Shown here in pieces: positions 32,004 through 40,498 of a stretch of 64,000 nt of DNA (positions are counted from its first letter, which is position 1; every line of letters starts with the position of its first letter). The notes beneath the pieces are model-generated. The model was not told the origin of the DNA, did no database searches, and saw only the letters and a list, made by a program, of their open reading frames with translations. The stretch spans positions 10,136 through 74,135 of IMG/VR virus record IMGVR_UViG_3300026116_000003, one strand, 5' to 3'. Source of the stretch: a virus. A program made the translations under genes and the position numbers.

Positions 32004-34549
32004 TTGCCCCTCCGGCGCAAGTCGAAGGACTTCTCCATCGCAGTCGGCACCACGCCGGAACCGTTCCGGATATCTCCACTGATTTCATTCTTTACCCGGC
32101 GAATCATTACCTCGATGACCCGCTCTGAGTCGTCGTTCTTTTCAGTAACTCGCGGCTGGACGTCCGTATAGTTGTTCACAACGACGCGCACCGGCTGGCT
32201 TCCGCCGAGCTTGTGGTTCGGAATAATCGTCCCCGACTGCGAAGGGGCAAAGAGCTCTGGCCCCTTTTCTCCGACGAGGAACGTAGAGCCCGGCGATACA
32301 GAACCACCCATGGCTTTGCCGCCAGCGAAAGAGAGCTTTACCGCCATCATGCTGGAAAGAATACCGGCGGTCTGCGAAGCAATAATAGCGACGGCAGCCA
32401 GCTTCTCCCATATCGTAGTCCCCTGGGCAAACCCATCAGAGATGGCTTTTTGGATATTGAGCATAGCCGAAGCAATCGAGAAAGCTTTTTGCATCGCGAA
32501 CATGGCTTGATAGGCAACAGACTGCTTCCCTGCAGACTGCTCGACTATGGAAGCCAGCGTGCCAAACGTCGACTCGCCAGCAGCCAGAGCTATCTGCTGC
32601 TGAGCTTGCGTCAGCTCTCTTACCTTGTTGTAATAATCAGTCAAGAGAGCCTTGCGCTTATCGTTGTGCTCTTTGTCGAGGCTCAACTCCAAATCGTGGA
32701 ATGACTTCAGCTTTTCTATTTCTCCTTTGTAAAAAGCAATCTCAGAACCCGGTCTTCTCCCCGATAGGCCCATCTTATCGATAGCCGCTGAAGCTTCTTC
32801 CACGCGCTTCTGGTGCGCCAGCGAGGCCGCGTTAGAAACCGCTACCGTCTTCTTGACACTCTTTTCTATCTCTTCGTTGTAGCCCTTAACGTGCGCGGTC
32901 GCTCCAGTAACTATCTTGCTGTATTCAGCGAGCAGTTTGTCGGAGAACTTGCCCTCGGTAACAATCTTCCCCAGGTATACAGAAGCCGCTGCAGCGTCTT
33001 TAACGAGCTTGTCCGCCAGCTTGTCTGCGTCGGAAGCGTCGATATTCAGTTTGAACTTGAGCTCATCGATATGCTTGCCACTCTTAGAGCCCATCCAGTC
33101 CGGCAGCTTGTCCGTAATGGCGTTGATGGTCCGGATGGCCAAATTCGCTCCAGCGACAATTCCATTAATCGCGCCTTCTATTCCCCAAGTAATCCCCTTG
33201 ACTACTGCTCCAACAACTTTCAGCAGCCCCGCCAGCGCCAGCTCAATAGCAATCTCCACGCCGAGAAACCCGACTTTGAAATACATCCAAGCGTCGCCGA
33301 CTGCCCCGATAGCCGTAATAAACGTATCGCGGAAAAGCTCAGCAGCATGCTCCGCCGTCTCGGCAAAGTGAGTCGTGTCGTCCGTCGCTTTCAGCATCCA
33401 CTTGGCGCCCATTTGCAAGATGGGCATAATCGCCAGCCCAATGCCGAGCAGGAAGTCTTTTACCCGATTCCAAATCGTCGTCATCTGCTTGCCGAAAGTC
33501 TCGTAGGAAAGCTCCGCCGACTTAGCCAGAGCTTCGTGATGCTCCCATTCATGAGCCGACATTCCCATCGCTTTGGCAAAGAGCGCGGTATTGCCGGCGG
33601 CTTTGAGCAGGACTACATCAATCTGCGCGCCGCTTAACCCCAAATTTTCCAAGATACCAAGAACGTCCCCGCCACGCTTCTGCACTTGGTTCAGCCCATC
33701 CATAAAAGAAAGGATGGCTCCGGCCGCGTCTTCTTTGAAAGCTTTGGTGAAAGCGTCGCCAGTCATCCCCGCCGTCGCGGCAAACCGCTGGAGATTCGCG
33801 TCCTGAGCCGCGACAGACTTCGTCATATCTCCGAGCATCTTGTTGAAAGCCATCCCTCCACGTCCGGCGTCGACTCCAGCCGAAGTCAGACCAGCCGACA
33901 AGCCCATAATCTGAGGCGCAGTCAGCCCCGCAGCTTTGCCCATAGCTCCGATTTTAGCGGTCATGTCCAGCACTTCTCCAGCCGAAGTAGAGAGACGAGC
34001 GCCAAGCTTGACTGCGCTGGAAGCAACTCGTTCCAGTTCATTCTGCGGAATTTCCAGTAGCTGCCCAAACCGGATAATCTGCTTGGAAGATTCCTCTACC
34101 GATTCGTGAGTTACCGTTCCGAAGTCTACCATCGTCTTGGTAAACTCGACTATATTCTCCTTAGAGACTCCGAGCCTCAGCGCTGCGCTGGCTACCTTGT
34201 TGATTTCATTTACGTTGACCGGAATTGCCCGGGAAAGCTCCCGAAATGCTTCCTCCAGCCGATGAGTATCGTAGTAGTTTCCTTGCATCCGTTTGGAGAT
34301 AGCGAGGAAAGACTCTTCAAACTCGTCGGCCAGGTGGACTGCCGCCAGACCTACGGCAGTAAAAGCCGCCGCGGTAGTCGCCGCCAAGCCAGCAACTGCT
34401 TTAACCATCTTGTCGGAGCCCTTGCTGACCGCGACTACCGCGTGCTCCATCCCTTTGACGAGCTCAGTAGAGTCAGCAGTAAGTTTGAGGAGCAGAGTCC
34501 CCAAACTCCCCGCGCCGAGAGCTTCTAAGATATGAGCGGCTTCAGACAT
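32000..34549 (-). CDS. Tail tape measure protein
   Basis: Ala-rich helical protein with TP901-type core; C-terminal GKAMGGSV...LVGEKGPELFAPSQSGTIIPN. Confidence 0.93.
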   Translation of the reverse strand: MSEAAHILEALGAGSLGTLLLKLTADSTELVKGMEHAVVAVSKGSDKMVKAVAGLAATTAAAFTAVGLAAVHLADEFEESFLAISKRMQGNYYDTHRLEEAFRELSRAIPVNVNEINKVASAALRLGVSKENIVEFTKTMVDFGTVTHESVEESSKQIIRFGQLLEIPQNELERVASSAVKLGARLSTSAGEVLDMTAKIGAMGKAAGLTAPQIMGLSAGLTSAGVDAGRGGMAFNKMLGDMTKSVAAQDANLQRFAATAGMTGDAFTKAFKEDAAGAILSFMDGLNQVQKRGGDVLGILENLGLSGAQIDVVLLKAAGNTALFAKAMGMSAHEWEHHEALAKSAELSYETFGKQMTTIWNRVKDFLLGIGLAIMPILQMGAKWMLKATDDTTHFAETAEHAAELFRDTFITAIGAVGDAWMYFKVGFLGVEIAIELALAGLLKVVGAVVKGITWGIEGAINGIVAGANLAIRTINAITDKLPDWMGSKSGKHIDELKFKLNIDASDADKLADKLVKDAAAASVYLGKIVTEGKFSDKLLAEYSKIVTGATAHVKGYNEEIEKSVKKTVAVSNAASLAHQKRVEEASAAIDKMGLSGRRPGSEIAFYKGEIEKLKSFHDLELSLDKEHNDKRKALLTDYYNKVRELTQAQQQIALAAGESTFGTLASIVEQSAGKQSVAYQAMFAMQKAFSIASAMLNIQKAISDGFAQGTTIWEKLAAVAIIASQTAGILSSMMAVKLSFAGGKAMGGSVSPGSTFLVGEKGPELFAPSQSGTIIPNHKLGGSQPVRVVVNNYTDVQPRVTEKNDDSERVIEVMIRRVKNEISGDIRNGSGVVPTAMEKSFDLRRRGK

Positions 34550-34558
34550 AATTTAGTT

Positions 34559-34887
34559 TTAGTTTTTCTTGCTAACGTCCAGCTGGAGGAACGCGGCCCA
34601 AGCCGCTTTAGATTTCTGCATCTTTTCTTTAGCTTCTTCGACTACTTCCGTTGTACCAAGCAAGAAGTCCATCAGCTTGACTTTGTTCGGGTCAGCGACG
34701 AAAGAGCGCCGGACTTCGGAAGCGATTTGCGCCAGATACCAATCCTGCTTGGTCGTGACCCGCTGCTCCTGCTTCAAGTATTCCAGCCACTCGAGGAATT
34801 CGCTGAACGGCATTCGCTCGCGGAGCTCGTTGACTGGAATTCCTAAGTGAGAAGCAACGTCGAACCAGCCATACCGCTCGCTTAATC
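34559..34887 (-). CDS. Tail assembly chaperone, -1 frameshift extension (gpT-like)
   Basis: The -1 frame from the slippery site is open: RLSERYGWFDVASHLGIPVNELRERMPFSEFLEW..., ending at 34559. Confidence 0.8.
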
Positions 34888-35247
34888 TTTTTTTGTGCCG
34901 TCGGCCGCTTCCTCTTTAGTGCCAGAGAGCAGGTTGATACGCTGCGCTTCGTCGAACAAGCTCGATACAGTTCCCGAAGGCCAGCTTTGAATCTCTTCCT
35001 TCTTTACGAGTATGCCCTCAACAGTATAAAGGCAGGAAGCGAGTAGCGCTGTTTGGAGCCCGTCGAACTTCTTTACCCCAGCCACCTTCCCCTTCTCGTC
35101 GAGCTTCATTCGCTCCCCCAGCTGGTCCAGATACTTGTCGCGCTGGCTGGCCGACATCTCCCGCAGCTCGTAGTGGACTTCTTTGCCGTCTAGCCCGGTG
35201 AGTATTACCGGCTCGGTCCGGGCCAGCAGAGTAAAGTTCAAACTCAT
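34882..35247 (-). CDS. Tail assembly chaperone (gpG-like)
   Basis: Between tail tube and tape measure; ends ACA AAA AAA GAT TAA. Confidence 0.82.
   Translation of the reverse strand: MSLNFTLLARTEPVILTGLDGKEVHYELREMSASQRDKYLDQLGERMKLDEKGKVAGVKKFDGLQTALLASCLYTVEGILVKKEEIQSWPSGTVSSLFDEAQRINLLSGTKEEAADGTKKD
34887..34894 (-). other. Programmed -1 ribosomal frameshift slippery site (A AAA AAA G)
   Basis: A7G run just before the gpG stop; the -1 frame joins the downstream ORF. Confidence 0.8.
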
Positions 35248-35254
35248 AAGACTC

Positions 35255-35701
35255 TTAAGATTCGCCTTCGGCCGCGTAAGCCGGAGCCACTTCCGCCCCT
35301 GACTCGTTAGTCAAACTCGGATGGAATACCAACGAAGCTGTAGGCTGGTCCCCTTCCTTGTGCTGGCTCGGAGTAAACGAATCAATCCAGCCCCAAAACT
35401 CGATAGTGGAATCGTCGGGGAAAGTAACAGTGATTGGTTGGTTGACTTGAACCTGAGCCACGATTTGTTCGAACGCTTCCGTAGCGTAAGCGCACGTGGC
35501 TGAGACTTGTCCGAACGTCTTCAGCTGCTTCGGAGCGGCTGTGCGCCAGCCTAAGCTCCGCATATTGGTAATATCAATCGGCCCGCCTCCAGAGACCGGA
35601 GGCGGAGTGACTTCCTTCTCGTAAAGCTTAACGGTCGGAATATTAGCGAGCGTGATGATGGTCCGGAAACCATCTTTGAGCATGATTGCATTGGATGACA
35701 T
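35255..35701 (-). CDS. Major tail tube protein
   Basis: PIDIT, RTAAPKQL, ITVTFPDDSTIEFWGWIDSF; position. Confidence 0.8.
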   Translation of the reverse strand: MSSNAIMLKDGFRTIITLANIPTVKLYEKEVTPPPVSGGGPIDITNMRSLGWRTAAPKQLKTFGQVSATCAYATEAFEQIVAQVQVNQPITVTFPDDSTIEFWGWIDSFTPSQHKEGDQPTASLVFHPSLTNESGAEVAPAYAAEGES

Positions 35702-35706
35702 AAGTT

Positions 35707-36126
35707 TTATTCTAAGGTAACTACTGCGTTGATTGTGAAGTGCTGGCGGCGACGTCCGCCCTCTTCCTCAATCCCTACCGGAATAATATCACCGGTCCGA
35801 GACACGTTGAGGAGAGAATATACTTCCGTACTTGAAATAGCAACGATAACTCTGCCTAGGGAATCCAGTTCGGTAGCGATAGCATTAGCCTTCTCCCAGA
35901 CGTCTGGATACGAGAGGCCACGCACTCTGATTTGAATCCCCGGATGCGTTACTTGCAAGCCGGTCGCCATTACTCGTCCGTCCATCTTTCCTGCGGTATC
36001 ATAGACGCAAATGGCATTGTCTGGCGACTCTGGAAGGAAAGAAACAAAAGCCGTCCAGCTCCCACTGGTTGCTGCCTGCCCCAGGTCGAGCAGGAGCTGG
36101 CGGATAATATCAGCAGGAGAGCTCAT
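35707..36126 (-). CDS. Tail terminator / completion protein
   Basis: PESPDNAICVYDTAG, PGIQIRVRG, FTIN. Confidence 0.8.
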   Translation of the reverse strand: MSSPADIIRQLLLDLGQAATSGSWTAFVSFLPESPDNAICVYDTAGKMDGRVMATGLQVTHPGIQIRVRGLSYPDVWEKANAIATELDSLGRVIVAISSTEVYSLLNVSRTGDIIPVGIEEEGGRRRQHFTINAVVTLE

Positions 36127-36129
36127 AGT

Positions 36130-36573
36130 TTAATGGGCAGAATGGCCACCAGAGTGGGAACCAGCCATTTCGTCGGCGACAATCTTCCTTATCTCTGGCT
36201 GAAGCCGGCGAGCTGGCTCTTCGAGGAACTTGGCTTGACCCTGGCCTTGAGGGTCCCAGTAGCTCCCGTGCGCGCCCTTACCCGTGCGCGGGAGTCCTTT
36301 TAGTTTCATCCCTACAGCTTCGTGTACGTAGAGAGCATACCCGGCGGTATAGCCGACTTCCACTACCGTCTTCATACCTTCTCCGCGATGCCTGGTAAAA
36401 GCCGAAGCTTTCAAGTTCCCCAAGTCGACCGGAACAAGCTTCTGAGACTCGCGCTGGAGCATAAGCCCCGCTTTCTTCAGCCCTCGCTCACAGCCCTTGC
36501 CAAGATTCTCCTGCTTCTCTTTGAATTTTTTCAGAACTTCGGCCAGACCCGATAGTTCGTTCATGTTTGCCAT
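36130..36573 (-). CDS. HK97 gp10-like neck protein
   Basis: SQKLVPVDLGNLKAS, VGYTAGYALYVHE, AKFLE; start MANMNEL. Confidence 0.85.
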   Translation of the reverse strand: MANMNELSGLAEVLKKFKEKQENLGKGCERGLKKAGLMLQRESQKLVPVDLGNLKASAFTRHRGEGMKTVVEVGYTAGYALYVHEAVGMKLKGLPRTGKGAHGSYWDPQGQGQAKFLEEPARRLQPEIRKIVADEMAGSHSGGHSAH

Positions 36574-36577
36574 AATT

Positions 36578-36614
36578 AAAAGTCCACGCACTCTGTGGAA
36601 GGGAGTGCGTGGAC
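36578..36614 (-). terminator. Intrinsic terminator with alternative pairings
   Basis: GTCCACGCACTC / GAGTGCGTGGAC 12-bp stem followed by TTTT. Confidence 0.7.
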
Positions 36615-36632
36615 GCACAGAGCCCTGTGTAA

Positions 36633-37058
36633 TTACCTTCGTCGGGCGCCTTCTGCGGGCGGGTCTTCAGTTACGTCCGGAATCGTATCATCGAACGCCT
36701 GGAGCTCGGCTTTGAAGTCGGTGATGCTCGTCTCCACTGCTGCCGGGAGCTCGACATTTTCCAAACTGGCTTTGAGCTTGTCAAACTCGATAACCAAGTT
36801 GTCATACTTCTTTTGCTGCTCGCCCCAAATCTTTTTGACTTCGGCGCGGATGCCCGACACTTCGTTGCCTAGTTCGCTTAGTTTTATTGCCATACGTTCT
36901 ATCCATTCATGTAGGTCTTGTTTCGTTGCGAGTGCGGAGTGCGACCTGTTACGCTCCCACTCTTGCTTGCTTGCTTCCGTGAAGTCCCTCACCGCGTCGG
37001 TGAGACACGAAATTGAATGAGCGATGCTGGAATGTTGTTCTCCCATACCTTGTTTCAT
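36633..37058 (-). CDS. Coiled-coil hypothetical protein
   Basis: ORF in the neck operon; start MKQGMGE. Confidence 0.65.
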   Translation of the reverse strand: MKQGMGEQHSSIAHSISCLTDAVRDFTEASKQEWERNRSHSALATKQDLHEWIERMAIKLSELGNEVSGIRAEVKKIWGEQQKKYDNLVIEFDKLKASLENVELPAAVETSITDFKAELQAFDDTIPDVTEDPPAEGARRR

Positions 37059-37059
37059 T

Positions 37060-37401
37060 TTAGAGGTAAGCCGTATATAAATTCTCCGTATTCCGGAGAT
37101 TAGGAAGGACGTCAAATCTTTCCACCAAGTAAGAGCCTGCATGGTTAATAGGGTCGTCCGGCGTATCGCTATCCATCGGGCCCTGGGCCAGCCGGTCTCC
37201 CATAGCCATCTTGCGGTCTACGTAGACGATGGCGCGAGAGAGCTGCTTCTCCCCTTGAGCGCTGAGATACTCCTGGCCGACTTCTTCCCAGCGGCAAGCT
37301 ACTTCCACCGGAGCGTCGAAAGAGTCCGTTCCGTATTGGTCGGTCGCTCCTTTCTTCCACCAGATGGCCGTCTGCCGGCGCATGCTTTTAATCAAGCTCA
37401 T
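37060..37401 (-). CDS. Head closure / head-tail adaptor
   Basis: QTAIWW...DQYG...PVEVACRWE; start MSLIKS. Confidence 0.8.
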   Translation of the reverse strand: MSLIKSMRRQTAIWWKKGATDQYGTDSFDAPVEVACRWEEVGQEYLSAQGEKQLSRAIVYVDRKMAMGDRLAQGPMDSDTPDDPINHAGSYLVERFDVLPNLRNTENLYTAYL

Positions 37402-38045
37402 ACAGCCACCTCCGCCGGAGCTAAAATCACATCCAGTTGCTCGAACGTCATCGCCGGAAATACCATCAGCTTGGAACCGCCGTCGGTCACGTTGAGCACT
37501 TGCACGTCCGGGCGGAGCGAAGCGAGGCTGGCCGCCAGGCACTTGAACCCTTTTTGGAACCGGACGAAAGATACGTTATCCGTAGGCTTGCTCCGGTGCT
37601 TGTGCCAGTGACTCTTGCCGCCCGTGCAAGCCATATCAAACCCCAGCAGGAAGATGCGAGCAGCGCCGAGCCGGACAGCCAGATTAATCGCCGCCGCTCC
37701 AGTGGAATAGTTCCAAGCCAAAGACGTCCCCGATTCCTGGAGACCATCTCTGACTCGATTCATCCGGTAAAGCCACGGAGAACCTAAATTGATAAGCGAA
37801 GGAGCGCACGAGAGCACTCGCCCGCGAAACTTCTCCAGCTCCCACTTGGTCCGGTGGAACCAGCTGGCGTCCCCGAACAAGCAGACGCGGACTACTTCCG
37901 CGCCGAGCCGAAAAGCATCATTGCAACCGATAGTATTTCTTCCCTTGAGCTTGTCCCAAGCAAAGTTCTCCAACGAAGAGCCGCCGCCGATAATAAAAGC
38001 GTCCGACTCTTTCCATTCTTCAATTGGAGACCATAGTGGCATCAT
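37398..38045 (-). CDS. MptE/Maf/sialyltransferase-like Rossmann protein (putative glycosyltransferase)
   Basis: FIIGGGSSL, IGCNDA, STGAAAINLAVRLGAARIFLLGFD, VLNVT. Confidence 0.7.
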   Translation of the reverse strand: MMPLWSPIEEWKESDAFIIGGGSSLENFAWDKLKGRNTIGCNDAFRLGAEVVRVCLFGDASWFHRTKWELEKFRGRVLSCAPSLINLGSPWLYRMNRVRDGLQESGTSLAWNYSTGAAAINLAVRLGAARIFLLGFDMACTGGKSHWHKHRSKPTDNVSFVRFQKGFKCLAASLASLRPDVQVLNVTDGGSKLMVFPAMTFEQLDVILAPAEVAV

Positions 38046-38431
38046 TCGTCAACCGTGCCGACCCAAGTAACCGACGCAACCCGGCTCCCGCCGCCAGCCA
38101 GTGACCGGTTGAGCGCCGTCAGCCCGCCTTGCGTATCAAGCACCATCGCCTGCTGGCCGTAGCGGGTAAGAGCAAGGTTTAAGTCCACCTTCGACTCGAA
38201 AGAAGCGCCGACGCTGCCAGCTTTCTCGTTCGTTGTGCGCGGGTCCCGTATCGCGTAAAAGTGGGCAGCCAGCCAGCGCTCGATTAGCTCCAGCCGCTCG
38301 ATAGAATATCCGGCAATCGCGCAGACTTCAGTAACGAGCTCCGACGCGGTAAAAATAAAAGGGTCGAGGTCGATTGTAACATCAACCTCGATGATTCCGG
38401 CGACAAGCGCTGGAGTAGTGCGAACAGCCAT
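38042..38431 (-). CDS. Head-tail connector (DUF4054-like adaptor)
   Basis: IERWLAAHF, LALTRYGQQAMVLDTQGGL. Confidence 0.8.
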   Translation of the reverse strand: MAVRTTPALVAGIIEVDVTIDLDPFIFTASELVTEVCAIAGYSIERLELIERWLAAHFYAIRDPRTTNEKAGSVGASFESKVDLNLALTRYGQQAMVLDTQGGLTALNRSLAGGGSRVASVTWVGTVDE

Positions 38432-38450
38432 AAGACTTTCTCTTTGCTAA

Positions 38451-38525
38451 CACGTCCTAACCGTCAGGATTTGACTTATAGGACGTGTTTATTGCTTTTG
38501 AGTGTCTACGTAGCGGTAGCTAATG
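38451..38525 (+). repeat. Dispersed repeat family, copy B (hairpin-forming)
   Basis: CACGTCCTA...TAGGACGTG 9-bp stem; CCGTCAGGAT; TTGCTTTTGAGTGTC; TAGCGGTAGCTAATG. Confidence 0.8.
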
Positions 38526-38527
38526 GC

Positions 38528-38836
38528 TTACTTGTCTCGCATCGTTTGACGCGCAGCCGTATGCTTGTGCGCTACAGCGGGCTTCTCTTCGTCTTCTTCC
38601 AGAAGCTGCGACCGGCGAGAGCCACCGACGCGAAGCTCTTCAGCCTTCTCTCCTTCGTCCCAATCGCCCGCGGTCGAAGCGCCGCTGACTCGCTCAAACT
38701 TTTGCGGGAAGAGCTTTATCAAATCGTGCGGAGAGTCGACGATTTGGCCCTTAGTATACCGCTTGTTTCCCTCTATGTGAATCCCGGTTACCACGCGGAA
38801 CTTGTTTCCCTCGGTTTTCGTTTCTTCTTTAGCCAT
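38528..38836 (-). CDS. Hypothetical protein downstream of the capsid gene
   Basis: ORF with A-rich leader. Confidence 0.7.
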   Translation of the reverse strand: MAKEETKTEGNKFRVVTGIHIEGNKRYTKGQIVDSPHDLIKLFPQKFERVSGASTAGDWDEGEKAEELRVGGSRRSQLLEEDEEKPAVAHKHTAARQTMRDK

Positions 38837-38870
38837 AATTTTTATTGGTGAACTTTGTTGGTTTTCGAGT

Positions 38871-39926
38871 TTACGGAGCCACGCTGTGGATGATACCCGA
38901 GTTGCCGTTGTAGTCAGAGCGCAGTTGCGGAACCATGATGCACATGACTTTGAAGTTGAGCCTCATCCCGCCGAGAGTCTCCCATTGCACCGTTGTGATA
39001 TCCATGCCGATAACCAAACGGATAACGTCGCTGGTCATTTGCACGAGCACCGCCTGCGTTCCGGTAAGGTAATCCGCCGTACGGATATCTGTGATGCCGT
39101 TAATCTGCATGAGGCGTTGCCGCACGCTGTTGTCTCCCTTGAGCGGGCTATAATCGTTGTCGAGGAACAAGTCCCACGCGGGCGATACGTAGAGCACCCA
39201 CGGACCGTGATGGAAGTTGTCCACCGAGTCCTGCCGGAGCGCCAGGATTTCTCCGAGCAATACTGCTGGAGTCCAGCCGCTTGCAGTCGGAGCTGTCAGC
39301 ACTCGCGTTACCCGTCCGGGAAAGTTAGTCATCCCGTAAACTGTCCCGCCGCCGTAAGTAAACGTCGGCGCGATTCCGAGCACCAGCTTCTCGGCTTCCT
39401 CTGCCACCCGACGGGCAGCAAGCTGCGCCGTTGCAGTATCAATCGAAGAGCCGAGATTGCGCGACACAGCGATTTGACGAGCCGAGAAAAAGAAGTCCTT
39501 GTGAATTACCGGCAAGGGCAAGTTCACGAGGTCGAATTCCGGCCGGTCTGACTCGCTCTGGCGAATCGGGTCCATACTGATGGTTGCCGGCGTGATATCG
39601 CCCATCGTCTCGCTTTCCAGTACTGTCCGGCTCATACCGTTCGGGATATTGAGGACGAGCCCGGCGGAGCGCAAGTCGGCGACTACCCGAAGGCGCTCTT
39701 TCGCCGCCACAGAAATCGAGTCGTCAATCAGCTTCCACTCTTCCCGGCGGAGCGAAGCCGTGTTGTTGGTCGGAACCGCCACCATCTTGCCGTCGCCTTG
39801 ATTGCGAGCGATGTAAGACCGCCCATCCTTACCTTGCCAGGGGCGCAAAGCAGCAACGTCAAACCCGCTATGCAGTAATTGGGTGGCTACGTTACCGTTC
39901 GCCTGCCCGTTTAGAATAAAGTCCAT
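38871..39926 (-). CDS. Major capsid protein (HK97 fold, encapsulin/linocin-like subtype)
   Basis: LRREEWKLID, LPLPVIHKDF, AARRVAEEAE, VYGMTNFP, FKVMCIMVPQLRSD; position after protease and decoration genes. Confidence 0.9.
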   Translation of the reverse strand: MDFILNGQANGNVATQLLHSGFDVAALRPWQGKDGRSYIARNQGDGKMVAVPTNNTASLRREEWKLIDDSISVAAKERLRVVADLRSAGLVLNIPNGMSRTVLESETMGDITPATISMDPIRQSESDRPEFDLVNLPLPVIHKDFFFSARQIAVSRNLGSSIDTATAQLAARRVAEEAEKLVLGIAPTFTYGGGTVYGMTNFPGRVTRVLTAPTASGWTPAVLLGEILALRQDSVDNFHHGPWVLYVSPAWDLFLDNDYSPLKGDNSVRQRLMQINGITDIRTADYLTGTQAVLVQMTSDVIRLVIGMDITTVQWETLGGMRLNFKVMCIMVPQLRSDYNGNSGIIHSVAP

Positions 39927-39958
39927 ATTGATTTTTTCTGTCTTTTGTTTTTGTTGGT

Positions 39959-40441
39959 TTAGAGAATACGGACTTTGATACGTGAATCAGTGTCGTCCGA
40001 ATTGCTTTGGTCCACTGCTTCTACGGCAACGCAAAGGCGTGACTGCCCCGCTTCGCTGCCTGCTTCCACTTGGAGCGTTCCGTCTCCGTTGGAGATTAGA
40101 TAATCTCCGACGTTGGCTGCTTCTCCGCCCGACAACCACGCTTGCACTACGTCGCCCTTGTTGGCGATGACGTAGAATACCCGCTCGCCGACTGCATAAG
40201 CGTCGTCAATCGTCCGGCCCTGAAGGGCATCTTCGGTAGCAAAGGCGGCTTCACACGGACCACCGACTTCGTTGTGCTTGATAGCCCGGCGGTCGTAGCC
40301 GCTATCCGTCGGAGGGATAGTAATCCCCGCCGAAGTAATCTTGATTAAGTGTCCCGGCTTGATAATCCCCGCGGCGGTCGCTTCCTCATAGCGGCCATCG
40401 CCGATAAGGTGAATCTTTGAAGGTCTGCCAGCTGCATTCAT
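39959..40441 (-). CDS. Head decoration / capsid cement protein
   Basis: IKPGHL, VGDYLISNGDGTL, VAVEAVD; immediately upstream of the capsid gene. Confidence 0.75.
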   Translation of the reverse strand: MNAAGRPSKIHLIGDGRYEEATAAGIIKPGHLIKITSAGITIPPTDSGYDRRAIKHNEVGGPCEAAFATEDALQGRTIDDAYAVGERVFYVIANKGDVVQAWLSGGEAANVGDYLISNGDGTLQVEAGSEAGQSRLCVAVEAVDQSNSDDTDSRIKVRIL

Positions 40442-40498
40442 ATTTTTTAAGTATCGTTTTTGGTTTTAGTTTCGGTCTATGACCTAATCCCGTTTTAG

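Noticed and set aside
38871-39926. Encapsulin/bacteriocin (linocin M18) gene
   Set aside because: Context (protease, decoration and neck genes) shows it is the phage major capsid protein
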